Source: Eledone cirrhosa (taxonomy: Eukaryota). From it: a stretch of DNA of 64,000 nt. A model generated the notes under the pieces. That model made no database searches. It worked only from the letters and a program-made list of their open reading frames with translations, and was not told the DNA's origin. A program made the translations under genes and the position numbers. The DNA lies in NCBI GenBank assembly GCA_964016885.1, contig OZ024740.1, positions 410,006,001 to 410,070,000 of the forward strand, in the 5' to 3' direction. Below, piece after piece: positions 52,140 through 64,000 of the stretch. Position 1 is the first letter of the stretch. Every line of letters begins with the position of its first letter.

Positions 52140-53390
52140 TGAGAGACATCCATCCCGAATAAGGATGTGGGAGATCTGTGTCAGGATATGCCAACGACAT
52201 TGGCATTGAACACCAAACCCATTGACCAACACCGCTCTCAGGGAGAACGAAGCGCTAACAGGTAAGTGTGTGTGACAGCTCAGACTTGTGCAGGTTTAGC
52301 TGGCCTCCTCCAAGGTATATCTCGTTGGAGGTGTGTTGGGTGATTTTAATGATAGAGTCCCCAGTCCTATCATCTCATTTCTATAGCTGAGTAAAGTGGA
52401 GCAACGTGAAATAAAGTGTCTTGCTCAAGGAAACAACACATCACTCGGTCTGAGAATTGAACTCACAAACTTTCGATTGCAAGCCCAAAGCTCTAACCCC
52501 TAAGCCATGCACCTTCACAGGAGCAACAATTAATCAGAAAAAGTCAGTGGGCCTGTAGCTCGGCACCTGAAGAGGCAGGTTCATACCGTCAAACAGCGAC
52601 GTCGGGCGCTGAACGGACCGGTTAAGTTGGTAGGTGTCTGGTTTAGTCCGGACCTCCAGATATACAAAACCTGGGACGAAGTAATGAGCAGGGTGGTCTC
52701 CCTCACACAGAATTGAGTCGTGAGGAAGCTATCCCTGAAAGGTCGGGCAGATGTGACGAAGGCGTACATCACATCCTCTGTTATCTACTACCAACCGACC
52801 ATCCACGTCTGACTGCACTGGAGCGGCTACTCTATCACTTTTAGTGGAAGGGACAGGTTCCATCGGTCGTCGGTCCATTTCTTGTCAATACCCACTTCGT
52901 GGTGGACACAGCATGCCGTGGCTGATGATGCGCAAAGATGTGCTGAGGCTACGATATCTTCAACTCTTACTTGACGGTGAACATGTGTGGTCACCGTTCG
53001 CTAGACACGTTTTTCCTCAGTTCGTCTCCGTAACAGAGCTGCAGACCTGGGTCAATCAAACACCGAGAGAGTGGAGACCAGAATGTCTTCAAACACTCAC
53101 AGCCCTCTGCTAATCAGACAGTATGATCGGTGGAGACTCTATAGAGGGTTAGAGGAGGGTAAAAGCGATCGACTTTCTTGGAAATCATCTAGCCAATCAT
53201 CTAGCCAATCTTTTCTGAGGAACTTGCGGTTCAGGGCCCATTGATAACTTCCAAGGGATTGCAAGTTCGAGATTGCCAGTTGGAAATAAACTCTACAGAC
53301 ACGGAAGTGCCGTTAGCCGGGACTGTCCAAGATGCATGGAAGGCGATGAAGCCATCATGCACGTATTCGTCGAATGTCCGAACATTTTGC
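52140..53390 (+). mobile_element. Degraded Tx1-type ORF2 3' half, interrupted by a SINE B
   Basis: MPWLMMR and CPRC motifs; the SINE at 52263-52516 is flanked by acagg repeats. Confidence 0.8.
52263..52516 (-). mobile_element. tRNA-derived SINE family B
   Basis: Near-identical to 5873-6115. Confidence 0.8.
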
Positions 53391-54021
53391 TAACCTATTT
53401 CCGGTTAAAATTTATTGTAAGTGATTCATATCGATACAGCAGCTGGAGAATCTAATAATAATTTTATTTTACATTAAAAAAAACCCTCCATTACATATGA
53501 CAATATAAAATAACATTACAAGAAATCTCATATTTATGAACATACATTATACAATTATCGCATTATACAATTTATCCCCCTCCCACCTATTATTTAGGAA
53601 CCGAGAGTATGTGCAGTGATCAACAGGGAAGACTTTTATAGGAGATCAGTTTGTGATTGGATGTCTATTTGCTAAAGATATCCTCTCAGTTTTAATGATA
53701 TAGAGTCCCAAACTCTGACGACAACTGGAATAATCTTGATTTGTTAGATGGTTTTGATCATATTCGTGCTATTTTGATCTTAAAGTCATCGACTCTGGAT
53801 AAATGAAAAGCAAGGTCAAATCAGGTTAGATGTCGACTCAGAACATAAAAGGATATAATCAAATACGTCAATGCAATAGATTTTACTATTTCTGCTCCAC
53901 CACTTTGTATTAATGGGAATAATATAAAATGTGTGATGTTACATGAAGAGTATATATATTCAAAAGTATGTATAGTCAATAGTATCCATCCATCCATTCC
54001 TTCTTTCGTCAGTCCGTTCAC

Positions 54022-54092
<71 letters not shown>

Positions 54093-54831
54093 CTGTCTGT
54101 CAGTTTATCTTTTCGTCCACCAATTCATCCACTCATCCGCCCGTTCGTCAGCTCGTCTGTATGCCCGTCTCTGCCTGTCTGTCTGTCTTTTCATCCATCA
54201 ATTCAACCAATTCACCCATTCACCCTTCTATACGTCTGTCTGTCTTTTGGCTTATCTGTCCATCAGTCTGTCCATCTGCCCATCAGTCTATCTATCTAAT
54301 TACATGTAGAAATCACGATCTTTGTAAAATTAATATTAAAACGAATAATGGTTTTGTTTCTTAAGTTATAAGAATTACAGAAGATATATCATGCTGTGAT
54401 ATATCGCTAAAGAATATTTGTTTTTTTAATGTTATTCTGCAATGATATCGCCGAATATAAAAGTAAATATTCACTACTAAACAATTTCCATCTTGTAGAC
54501 CATTATCACTTTAATGGTAGAATACGTTATAATTTATGTTTCTACTTAAAAAAGTATTTTATGCGAACATAACCATTAAGCCTGCATTTTAATCACGATA
54601 CCTGTTGCAAATTAGACATAATTGGATGTTTTTTGTTGCAGGATTTTAATGTTTTTATTTAAGTTTATTTTCGTCTAGATTTATAACCCCTCCCCCACCT
54701 AAAAAAAGAATATAAATTCAGCAATATAAATGATTTACACTCACATAGACACACTTACACACACATACACACATATATATATTTATACACACACGCACAC
54801 ATACTCACGCACTCTCATATACACACATAAT

Positions 54832-54865
<34 letters not shown>

Positions 54866-55260
54866 TACTCACGCACTCTCATTCACACACACATATATGC
54901 GAGATTCGAAATTATATGCATTAGCTTGAAGCAAAAAGAGAATAGGTCTCGAACCTTGCATCTAACATCTAGCATTGAGCGTGTGCATTGCCAGTCAAAC
55001 CCCAGAGCGCTTACCTCGCCCTCTGGAATTTGATGAGAAAAATATTACAGATTCCCCCCCCCCCCCAAATAAAACAACAAAAAAACTAACTAAAATAAAC
55101 AAAAAGAAAACAAAACAACCACTTTTGCTGCCATAAATATTGCAGTTATTGCCCAGATATTTCGTAATTCCCTCGTAAATATATAATTGTTGATATTCTT
55201 GAGGTTAATTTATCACATGAACATTTAATCGAAGTGTGATGTCATTATTTTAGGCAGTAT

Positions 55261-55905
55261 TAGGGCGGTGGATTGGCAGTATCGGTAGAGGGCCGAACAC
55301 CATGGTTTGCAGCATAGAGTTACGGCCCTTTATGATCTGAGTTCAAATCCCGCCGAGGTTAACTTTGCTTTTCATCCTTACGGAGTCGATAAAATAAAGT
55401 ACCAGTCACGCACTGGGGTCGATTTAATCGACTTTCCCCTCCCCCAAAATTGCTGACCTTGTGCCTATATAAGAAACCATTATTTTAGGGAGTATTAGGG
55501 CGGTGGATTGGCAGTATTGGTAGAGCGTCGGACACCACGCTTTGACGCATAGAGTTACGGCCCTTTATGATCTGACTTCAAATCCCGCCGAGGTTAACTT
55601 TACCTTTCATCCTTACGGGGACGATAAAATAAAGTACCAGTAATGTACTGGGTAATTGCTGGCCTTGTGCCAAAAGTAGAAACAATTATTTTAGGCAGTA
55701 TTAGGGCGGTGGATTGGCAGTATTGCTAGAACATCGGACACCATGCTTTGCAGTATAGAGTTACGGCCCTCTACGGTCTGAGTTCAAATCCCGCCAAGGT
55801 TAACTTTGCCTTTCATCCTTACGGGGTCGATAAAATAAAGTACCAGTCGCGCACTGGGGTCGATTTAATCGACTTTCCCCTCACCCAGATTACTGGCTTT
55901 GTGTC
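55261..55905 (+). mobile_element. Three head-to-tail SINE family A copies
   Basis: Each copy is preceded by attattttagg(c/g)agtatta. Confidence 0.9.
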
Positions 55906-56019
55906 TACACACACACACACGCACACTCACACACACACACACACATATATATATATTGTTATATTTGGGGAGGGTCATATTGTTATAATATTGCCAGAAA
56001 TAATAATAATTGTTTCTAC

Positions 56020-56190
56020 TTTTGGCACAAGGCCAGCAATTACCCAGTACATTACTGGTACTTTATTTTATCGACCACTTAAGGATGAAAGACAAAGTTA
56101 ACCTCGGCAGGATTTGAACTCAGACCATAAAGGGCCGTAACTCTGTACTGCAAAGCATGGCGTCCGACCCTCTACCAATCCACCACCCAG
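56020..56190 (-). mobile_element. SINE family A
   Basis: Reverse complement of the family sequence, flanked by ccagaaat(a/g)ataataat repeats. Confidence 0.85.
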
Positions 56191-56474
56191 AAATGATAAT
56201 AATAATAATATAACACACTCACTGTTTCGGTTTGGATTGGTTTTCGCTTCTGTACCATTTATATCTCCATAGTTAATTTAGCTGGCAATCAATGTTTATC
56301 ATTGATTGACCAATGGTTAAGAATATAGATATAAATATATATATAGTCTATCAAAGTTCTTCCGTCACACACCTGTGACATCATCAGTGGTACTATTATG
56401 TTTCCTCCCGTTATATATTTATATATATATATTTTAACCTAACCTGACAGAGCCCATTCCTCTTATATATATAT

Positions 56475-56594
56475 ATACAATATATTAACAAATGGAAACT
56501 ATATTTATAATTATAAAACCATATTTATTTCATTATACATATTTCATTATACATATAATTATAAATATAGTTTCCATTTGTTAATATATTGTAT
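56475..56594. repeat. 41-bp perfect inverted repeat with a 38-bp spacer
   Basis: atacaatatattaacaaatggaaactatatttataattata at 56475-56515 and its reverse complement at 56554-56594. Confidence 0.85.
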
Positions 56595-56678
56595 TTTTAC
56601 TCCAATAATTTGTTGAGTGCTTTATATCAGTTATAAAAATATTTGCTTGTTGTATCCCAACAAATTAAATATAACTTC

Positions 56679-56751
<73 letters not shown>

Positions 56752-56893
56752 CGAAGGAAGTGTGGTAAGGAACCAGGTGGACCATAACGCACCAGAGTAC
56801 TCGATATTTAGGGTAGTAGCGTAGTATCGCGTTAGTTCAGAACTAGCTGTCGAAACGGCCGGAGCTCAGCCGTCGGGGTCCTGATACTTTTGC

Positions 56894-56925
<32 letters not shown>

Positions 56926-57596
56926 AGTGTGTGTGTTTGTGAGACGATCGTAGCAAGACATTACTTTCGGTAATCCCCTTTTCGTGATAGATTAAACGAA
57001 AGAAATTACAAACATGTAACTGGACTAGAATTAAATTAATCTAGGTTTGAAGTCTTAAAACGACGACTTCCGGTGTGTCTGTAGTTGAAATAAGATCAAT
57101 CTATTTTCTTGATAATGGAAATTACCGAAGCTACTAAATTAAATATTGAGCGAGCTAATAATTAACTTAGGTGTAACGAAATAGAGAGGAGAGTATGAAG
57201 ACTTCCTGTGATTCGAAATAAAAACATGATGAACTCTACAATCCCAGATGTGTGTGTGTGTGTGTGTGTGTCAGTTTGTGGAGACATGTGTATGATATGT
57301 CGATGGATGTGAAGGGGTTCACTTTGTAACTTGAACTTTATAAGATGTCTTGACATTTTCGATTAAAATAAAAAAAATTATTCTTTGCTATTTTTGGTCA
57401 TTCAAATCTGATATATAAGGATTCGAACATGATTCTGATCAATCCATGATCTGACGAACTAACCAAAGGCTGAGTGAAACGAGAATTACAACTTAGAGCA
57501 ACGGTTCTTTTAAAATGTATAAACTTTACAGATTAATAATTAATATTTATTGAGTACTTCGCGCGCGCGTTTGTGTGTGTGTGTGTGTGTGTGTGT

Positions 57597-57769
57597 GCCG
57601 CAGGTGTGAGTTGGAATGGCTCTTCCAGCGCATCTCCCTTACCATGCTCCGGAGAAACGCATTTTCCATCCTGTCCGCCGGGGCTGTGGGGAGGCCAGCA
57701 CATGGAACCCCATTTGCTCACCATACGGATTAATGGCAAAGTTATAAACTATTGTAAATAAAAAAAAAG
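57597..57769 (+). mobile_element. CRE-clade non-LTR retrotransposon, 3' end
   Basis: Translates to ELEWLFQRISLTMLRRNAFSILSAG, matching the LFQRLS...QRGNA C-terminal motif of CRE elements. It is followed by aataaa and poly(A) and starts directly after (GT)n. Confidence 0.7.
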
Positions 57770-58366
57770 CATACACAACTGTATTTCACTTTTACCAATT
57801 TTGTTTTAATATATTCGAATGCGTTGCTTGCAGTTTGGAACAGGGAAATTCACAAATTCAACGTTACAGGCGTTCAGAATCCCGTTTCAAGATGAAGTGA
57901 TTTTTAAAATACTAATTGTTGGACGATATAAAGCCGTGACAGACATATCAGAATGCGTTGAAAAATTAAAGGAAAACCACGAAAATATCTTTATAATAAA
58001 ATCCAAGATTCACAACTCCCACAATGATGAGATCTTCTTATCATGTCCACACTTATAACTGACTGTTGCTTGAGGTAGTGATAGGATTAGCAGTATATTA
58101 TCAATACTCCCAGGGCCGCGGCGTGGACGATCCTATCTCGACCCCAAATGATGAGATGAACATCTCGAAACGTTGATAATGGAGTGAGAAACATGACTGT
58201 TATAATCGAACTGCAAAGAAATCTTAAGAATAAAATAACAAAATAATAAAGGTGTGTCTAAAACATTGTTGTGTTTTCAATGTAATACATCGATAAGAAA
58301 GTCTGTCCTCCATATACGCAAACGCGAACACATACACATTAACACCTCCCCGCCACACATATATAT

Positions 58367-58410
<44 letters not shown>

Positions 58411-58929
58411 GTAAATTGATATAGACACCCGCATATTTAAATACAGACATCAGATGTATGAAGATTAAAACAATCTTATTTTTCTTGAAATTTGACATTT
58501 TTTTTTGTTTTGGCAATTTTGTTGATTTCTTACATGAATGAAAAGAAAAAAATTAACAGAAGCAATGTGTTTCTGTGGAAGATAAAACGAAAATAAAATA
58601 TTAAAATGAAAATAGTTATATGAATATATATTATTCTTTAAGATTCGGATTAAGAGAAATTGTTAATTTATTAAATGTATCCATTAAAATACAAGAAAAA
58701 ATGTGTATTTCACAATGTAAAAGATTTTGTGATGTTATATATTAACTTTTTTGTTATGTTGGTTTGATAGTCGGCATATCTAAATTGCATATCTTCCTTA
58801 TTTCTCGATAAAAATTCAAAATAATTAAGAAAGTATATATAAATAAATCCCTAAACGGGCATATTTGAAGATGAAAGATGGTAATTAATAAATCTTATTG
58901 CCATTTAGATATCTATGTTTTTTTATGGT

Positions 58930-59340
58930 GAGCCCATTCAGCCACCCTAACACATCTTTTATCAAAGTTACTGGCGAGCAGCAACAACGTCTTTACTCAA
59001 GTAGTATTTGAGAATGTTGTTAAACGCTTGGGTCACGCCATCAGAATCAAGTCCGCTGCGCTACTTCCTTCGCCGTAAATGGAGGAAAATAGCTTGACCT
59101 TCCTTGTGAAAGGAAAAATCTTGATGGATTCGGCTAACAGCCGGACACGTCCTGGATGCGATAATGACTGTTCAATATAAATTAAAAGCCAGCCATGTTC
59201 CGATACTGAACGTGTGTGTACAAAAGGGTTGTGATGCTCTCTGCACAACTGCTCCCCAGAGCTTGCTAGTCTCATGTCACCTCCACTCAGGTTCTTCAGA
59301 CTCATTCGTCTCACCCCCTCAACATTATGCATACGTTCTC
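58930..59340 (-). mobile_element. Highly degraded Tx1-type 3' fragment
   Basis: Minus strand gtccggctgttagccgaatccatcaagat...ggaaggtcaagctattttcctc aligns with 14200-14285. Confidence 0.6.
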
Positions 59341-60024
59341 GGGTCCCACATTAATAACTACACAGTCCTTCTTGTCCAGAGCGTTGGTTCTCTGGATCTC
59401 CCCCTCTATTTATATTTGTCCATAAGACGTGGACTTGCAGCCCTTGGAGCGGAACATTAACGGCATCAATATATCCGGTTTCGAAAAACCTGTGAAGGCC
59501 ATAGACCCTATCCCTTCCTTCAGACCTACTAAGTAAAGAAACTAACACATACATATAATTAGGATAGCTTATGAAATTGAGAAGAAACATAATATACTAT
59601 TTTTCCTGACTAACCGATAAAAAACACTGTCCTGGAGCAAGAAATTCATACCAAATACCCTCTGCTTCAGTTCACAACAAACGATAGCTATGCAAAACCC
59701 AAACTGAAGATCCACATTATTGCCATTGTCGAGAAAATGTACTCGCCATACTACCTTTCCAAGTACACGCTGTGTGGTCTGTAGAGCTTTTGTTGAATAG
59801 AATAAGAAGTAAAACGAGCAAACTTCGAAGATGAACACATTAAGAACGATGAGTAAAAAAATAATGGTAGTACCTAAAATTTAAAACAGTAACCAAATTA
59901 AAAAGCAACTGACTAGATATTGTTGTTTGACGCAAAACACAAAAACAAACAAAAAAGACATGCTCTGTGGAAGCTGTCGCTTTATATCGTTGTACCAATA
60001 AAATACTACAGAATGAATAAATTA

Positions 60025-60198
60025 CCGTATTTCCCGGCGCCGAAGACGCTTCGTCCTCGAGGACGCACCCTAATTTTGACAACAAAAAATTTGAAAAAAA
60101 AAAAAAAAATAAACAACCTTCGGCCTCCAGGACGCAAGGTAGATTTTTGAGACTTATTTTAGGAAAAGAAGTAGCGTCTTCGATGCCGGCAAATACAG
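60025..60198. mobile_element. Tc1/mariner (pogo-like) MITE, 174 bp
   Basis: TIR ccgtatttcccggcgccgaagacgc / gcgtcttcgatgccggcaaatacag, with TA on both sides. Confidence 0.85.
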
Positions 60199-60474
60199 TA
60201 TATGATTAATTTAAATCCAGCATAAAAAAAAACTTTCAGTATTATGGTCATTATTACTGGAGCGACAAGGGCGGTGGAAGGTGGAAGGTGCTCACACACG
60301 AAGCTTGGATCAAGTGGAAATTATCCAAGAGACGTTTAAGGTGTCACGTAGAAGGTTTAGAATCCTGTTATTGAGAAGCGAACAATTTAAGCACTCAGTT
60401 GTGCACATATAAATACATACATACGTACGTACATGCGTATGTATGAATGTATGTATGTGTGTATATATGTATGT

Positions 60475-61115
60475 TATTCTGGATTTATAATTTCACAAAT
60501 TTTTGCTAATAGAGAGAGTTGGTTTCTAACATAGTTACAAGACTCTCTCATTGGAATTTACACAACATCAACTAGGTAGCTATATATGTATGTCTGCATG
60601 CATGTGTAGATATGGATGTTATTGTATGTGTGGATGTGGCTGTTTTGAGTTGTATGAATGTTGCTTTGATTCTGTACATGTGTATATGTAGTTATTAGAT
60701 GCAAAATGTTTGGAATCTTTTACATATTTTTACTGTTCCATTAATGGATTGTACTTGTAATTTCCTAACTAGTTGTGTTCTTTCTGTTCCTGTGAAGCCT
60801 AGCTTCTCAAGATTTGTATTGAGGCAGTTACTAACATATCCCAGTGCCCCAATAATCACAGGCATAAATCTGAAGGTATAATCAGGGTGGAGTATCTGCA
60901 GATTTCTCATTAGTTCTGCATAAATATTCTCCTTTTCGCTAATCTTTGATATTATATTGGCATCTGCTGGGCAGCTAACTTCCACTACTGTGCATGCCTT
61001 CTTTTCCCTGTCCCATATCATAATATCTGGTCTGTTATGCCTGCATTTTATTGGGGTTTTTACTGGAACATTCCACCAGTACTCTTTCATATTATGTATA
61101 TGTATGTCTTCCACT
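60475..61115 (-). mobile_element. R4-like RLE LINE 3' fragment in (TATG)n
   Basis: HNRPDIMIWD...VVEVSCP...MPVIIGALG motifs. Confidence 0.85.
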
Positions 61116-61214
61116 TTGCTGTAGCTTTTAATGTGTTTATGTATGTATGTATGTATGTATGGATGAATGGATGTATAGATGGACGGATATATGGATGGCT
61201 GTATGTATGTTCAA

Positions 61215-61540
61215 ACACAACAAACTTGATATTGCTCTTTAGAGCAGAGAATAAAAGTAGTACACTATTGTAGATGTCAGCTGTCCAGCGGATGTAAATG
61301 TATTGTAATGGTTAAGGGAAAAAACTTTTATGATGAATTAATGCAGAACTTACAGCTCTTCTACGTAGGCTATAGATTTTCATTTGGAACTATTATCATA
61401 TGTGTTCTGGACAGATTTTCATAAAAGCCTTGACATTCTGAGGCTTTTAAAGAAAGAAGTAAACTCACTTGCAGTCTCCAAATCTAATCAATTAGTAATA
61501 CAGTCGGGATTTGTAAAACATTCCAAAGATTTTCTACTTC
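61215..61540 (+). mobile_element. Degraded R4-like RLE fragment
   Basis: gtagatgtcagctgtccagcggatgtaaat (VDVSCPADVN) is homologous to 60695-61114. Confidence 0.6.
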
Positions 61541-62031
61541 CATTTCCTTGAATGACCATTTGCACACAGTCAGGTGTGTGCATATGGCATATACAAGCTA
61601 ACAAAGTGGGAATCACGAACGCACACAGGCATATGTGTGCATCTGGCATAAACATGCATACATAAAGTGCAATCACATACATATGCACACTTACACATAC
61701 GAGTACTAACGAGAAATGTACACTCATAACATGAAAGAAAGTATATCTACACATATACGTTAATATATGTATGCACTAACATATTTACAAATCCTTGGAA
61801 CTGTCTCAACTTAAAGAATGTATTTTCATTTCATTAGTGACCGGCTTGAATTCTGCGAAGTGGTTAACTATATCTTCAAGAAAATCGGACAAGCATACAC
61901 ACTGGTTAAATACTGTTATCCGGCATACAGCAGTTGAATGGTTTGATTCCCACAGGCGTTTCTGTCCCCGTTCTTCCCTTTCCATACGTACTTAACCCGA
62001 CGTTTTCACTATTATTTATATTTATCGACTA

Positions 62032-62315
62032 TTTTGCCTTTCATCCTTACGGGGTCGATAAAATAAAGTACCAGTAATGTACTGGGTAATTGCTGACTTG
62101 TGCCTAAAGTAGAAACAATTATCTATAGCGGTGGATTGGCAGTATCGGTAGAGGGTCGGACGCCATGCTTTCCAGCATAGTTACGTCCCTTTACGATCTG
62201 AGTTCAAATCCCGCCGAGGTTGACTTTGCCTTTCATCCTTACGGGGTCGATAAAATAAAGTACCAGTAATGCACTGGGTAATTTCTGGCCTTGTGCCTAA
62301 AGTAGAAACAATTAT
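62032..62315 (+). mobile_element. SINE family A: a truncated copy followed by a full copy
   Basis: Both copies are followed by caattatctatag. Confidence 0.88.
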
Positions 62316-62433
62316 CTATAGTTATCAGCATTGTGGTGGCATCTCCTAAAAACAAATATGTTTTCAAAATTCAAATTTCCCCAATGCTTGGTAAATTAAC
62401 CAAGTGATATATACATACATACATACATACATA

Positions 62434-62741
62434 CATGATGGCTGCCCTCTCGTTATCGAGTATGGCCACTGCACGATATACCATTATTAATAATTATTAA
62501 TTAATTCTATCGTGCAATGCCTGTGAAATGCCTGTGAAATGCTTGTGAGGAAAGACTGCACTGAGCCAATCCCACTCTCTGAGTGACAGTAGCTATAACA
62601 CGAAAAGAAGAAAAGATCAACATCATCGGTAACAACTGAGTCGCAGGTTTTATGTCGGAGTTATTCCAGTTTCCCGAGTTGCCTTCTCCTAGAAGAATGC
62701 CCTAACAAAGGCTAGGGGTTCTTCACTCCCAGTGGTTTAAC
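62434..62741 (-). mobile_element. SINE family C with RTE 3' tail, copy 2
   Basis: 62434-62475 matches the RTE tail at 9704-9746, the body matches 20475-20730, and (CATA)n lies on both sides. Confidence 0.8.
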
Positions 62742-62759
62742 ATACATACATACATGCAA

Positions 62760-64000
62760 TAATAGATAATATAGATAAGCAAAGCACTCTACTTTGGAAC
62801 AACAACCGGTACGTTGGCTTTCACTTTGAAGGTTATGCTTTTGTAATCCAAGAACAGGAATTATCAATGAAATTCCTGATGCACAAAACAGATAGGGATC
62901 CAGGAAAAGCACCTAGATGTGACAACAGATGCAGATTTTGTGGAATAAACACCGAGGATGAAACCCATGTCATAAGCAGCTGTCCAAAGATGTCATCATG
63001 ATACTATCTACCTATGAGGCATGACATATGCATACATAACATGAAAGATACTGGTGGAATGTTCCAGTCAAAACCCCAATAAAATACAAACATAACAGAT
63101 AGTGATATAGGACAAAAAATGGACGACATGTCCTGTAGTAGAAATCAGCTGCCCAGCAGATGTCAAGAGTGGTGGATTGGCAGTATCGGTAGAGGGTCGG
63201 ACGCCATGCTTTGCAGCATAGAGTTACGGCCCTTTATGATCTGAGTTCAAATCCCGCCGAAGTTAACTTTGCTTTTCATCCTTACGGGGTCGATAAAATA
63301 AAGTACCAGTCATGCACTGGGTCGAGTTAATCGACTTTTTTCTCCAAAATTGCTGGCCTTGTGCCTATATAAAAAACCCATTATTCTAAAGATTAGTGAA
63401 AAGAAGAACATTTATTCTGAATTAGTGAGGAATCTACAGATACTCCATCCTGGCTATGCTTTTAGATTTGTGTTTGTCATCATTGGGAGTGTTGGATATG
63501 TTAGTAACTGCCTCAGTATAAATCTTGAAAAACTGGTCTTCACAGAACCAGAAAGAAGACGGCTAGTTAGGTAGTTGTAAGTTCAGTCCATTAATGGAAC
63601 TGTAAAAATATATAAAAAATTTGAATTTTAGCATTTAATAATTGCATTTACACCCGTATAGATGTAAGAACATATGTATATGTTGTATATGTGCAGATAT
63701 AACATGTCAGAAATTGCGCATGTAATAACTGCATATACTTATGTACAAAGGCAGAAACATATGCACGTGTACACATATAATTCAAAACACATAGATCAAC
63801 ACATGCAATGACATCCATACCAGCACACACTCACACACACACACTCTCATACACACCACACACACTCACACTCACCCCCACACACACCACACACACTCAT
63901 ACACCACACACACACACACACCACACACTCACACACACAAACACATAGGGACATACATACGTATTTACTTAGTTACTAAATTCCAATGAAAGTCTTGTCT
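62760..64000 (+). mobile_element. Degraded R4-like RLE LINE 3' part, with a SINE A inserted at 63168-63385
   Basis: CRFCGINTEDETHVISSC...RHD and EISCPADV motifs; homologous to 60475-61115. Confidence 0.8.

Noticed and set aside
57819-58058. Possible host exon or 79-aa ORF
   Set aside because: No recognisable domain, no supporting neighbouring exons, and the length is expected by chance.
58020-58065. C/D-box snoRNA (tgatga...ctga)
   Set aside because: The span is too short (about 40 nt), with no convincing terminal stem or recognisable guide sequence.

Overview
Eukaryotic, AT-rich, microsatellite-dense DNA made almost entirely of transposable elements. I cannot support any host gene, rRNA, true tRNA or CRISPR array. 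The repeat content resembles a cephalopod (octopus-like) genome, which is inference only. Non-LTR retrotransposons: one near-full-length but frameshifted RTE (BovB-like) LINE with three C-terminal C2H2 fingers; one full-length and about six partial Tx1/L1-type LINEs; several R4/Dong-like restriction-like-endonuclease (RLE) LINE fragments; and a CRE 3' end. Penelope-like elements (PLEs): a Neptune-like copy and a Naiad-like copy with a 413-bp inverted pseudo-LTR (pLTR). DNA transposons: a complete Buster-type hAT with TIRs and an 8-bp TSD, a mariner remnant, and hAT and Tc1/mariner MITEs. About 20 copies of one SINE family and several other SINEs are also present. Five signals stand out. (1) At least five different minimal hammerhead-ribozyme motifs; three lie in short non-coding units embedded in (TA)n/(CA)n tracts. 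(2) The Tx1-type LINE and the dominant SINE share a 3' tail. (3) A 23 x 37-bp minisatellite whose unit appears to be that tail plus a target-site duplication. (4) A GTAAGT splice-donor motif containing TAA sits about 35-50 nt upstream of the ORF2 ATG in three divergent Tx1 copies. (5) A SINE carries the RTE LINE's 3' tail. All alignments and folds were made by eye, and the boundaries of decayed elements are approximate.
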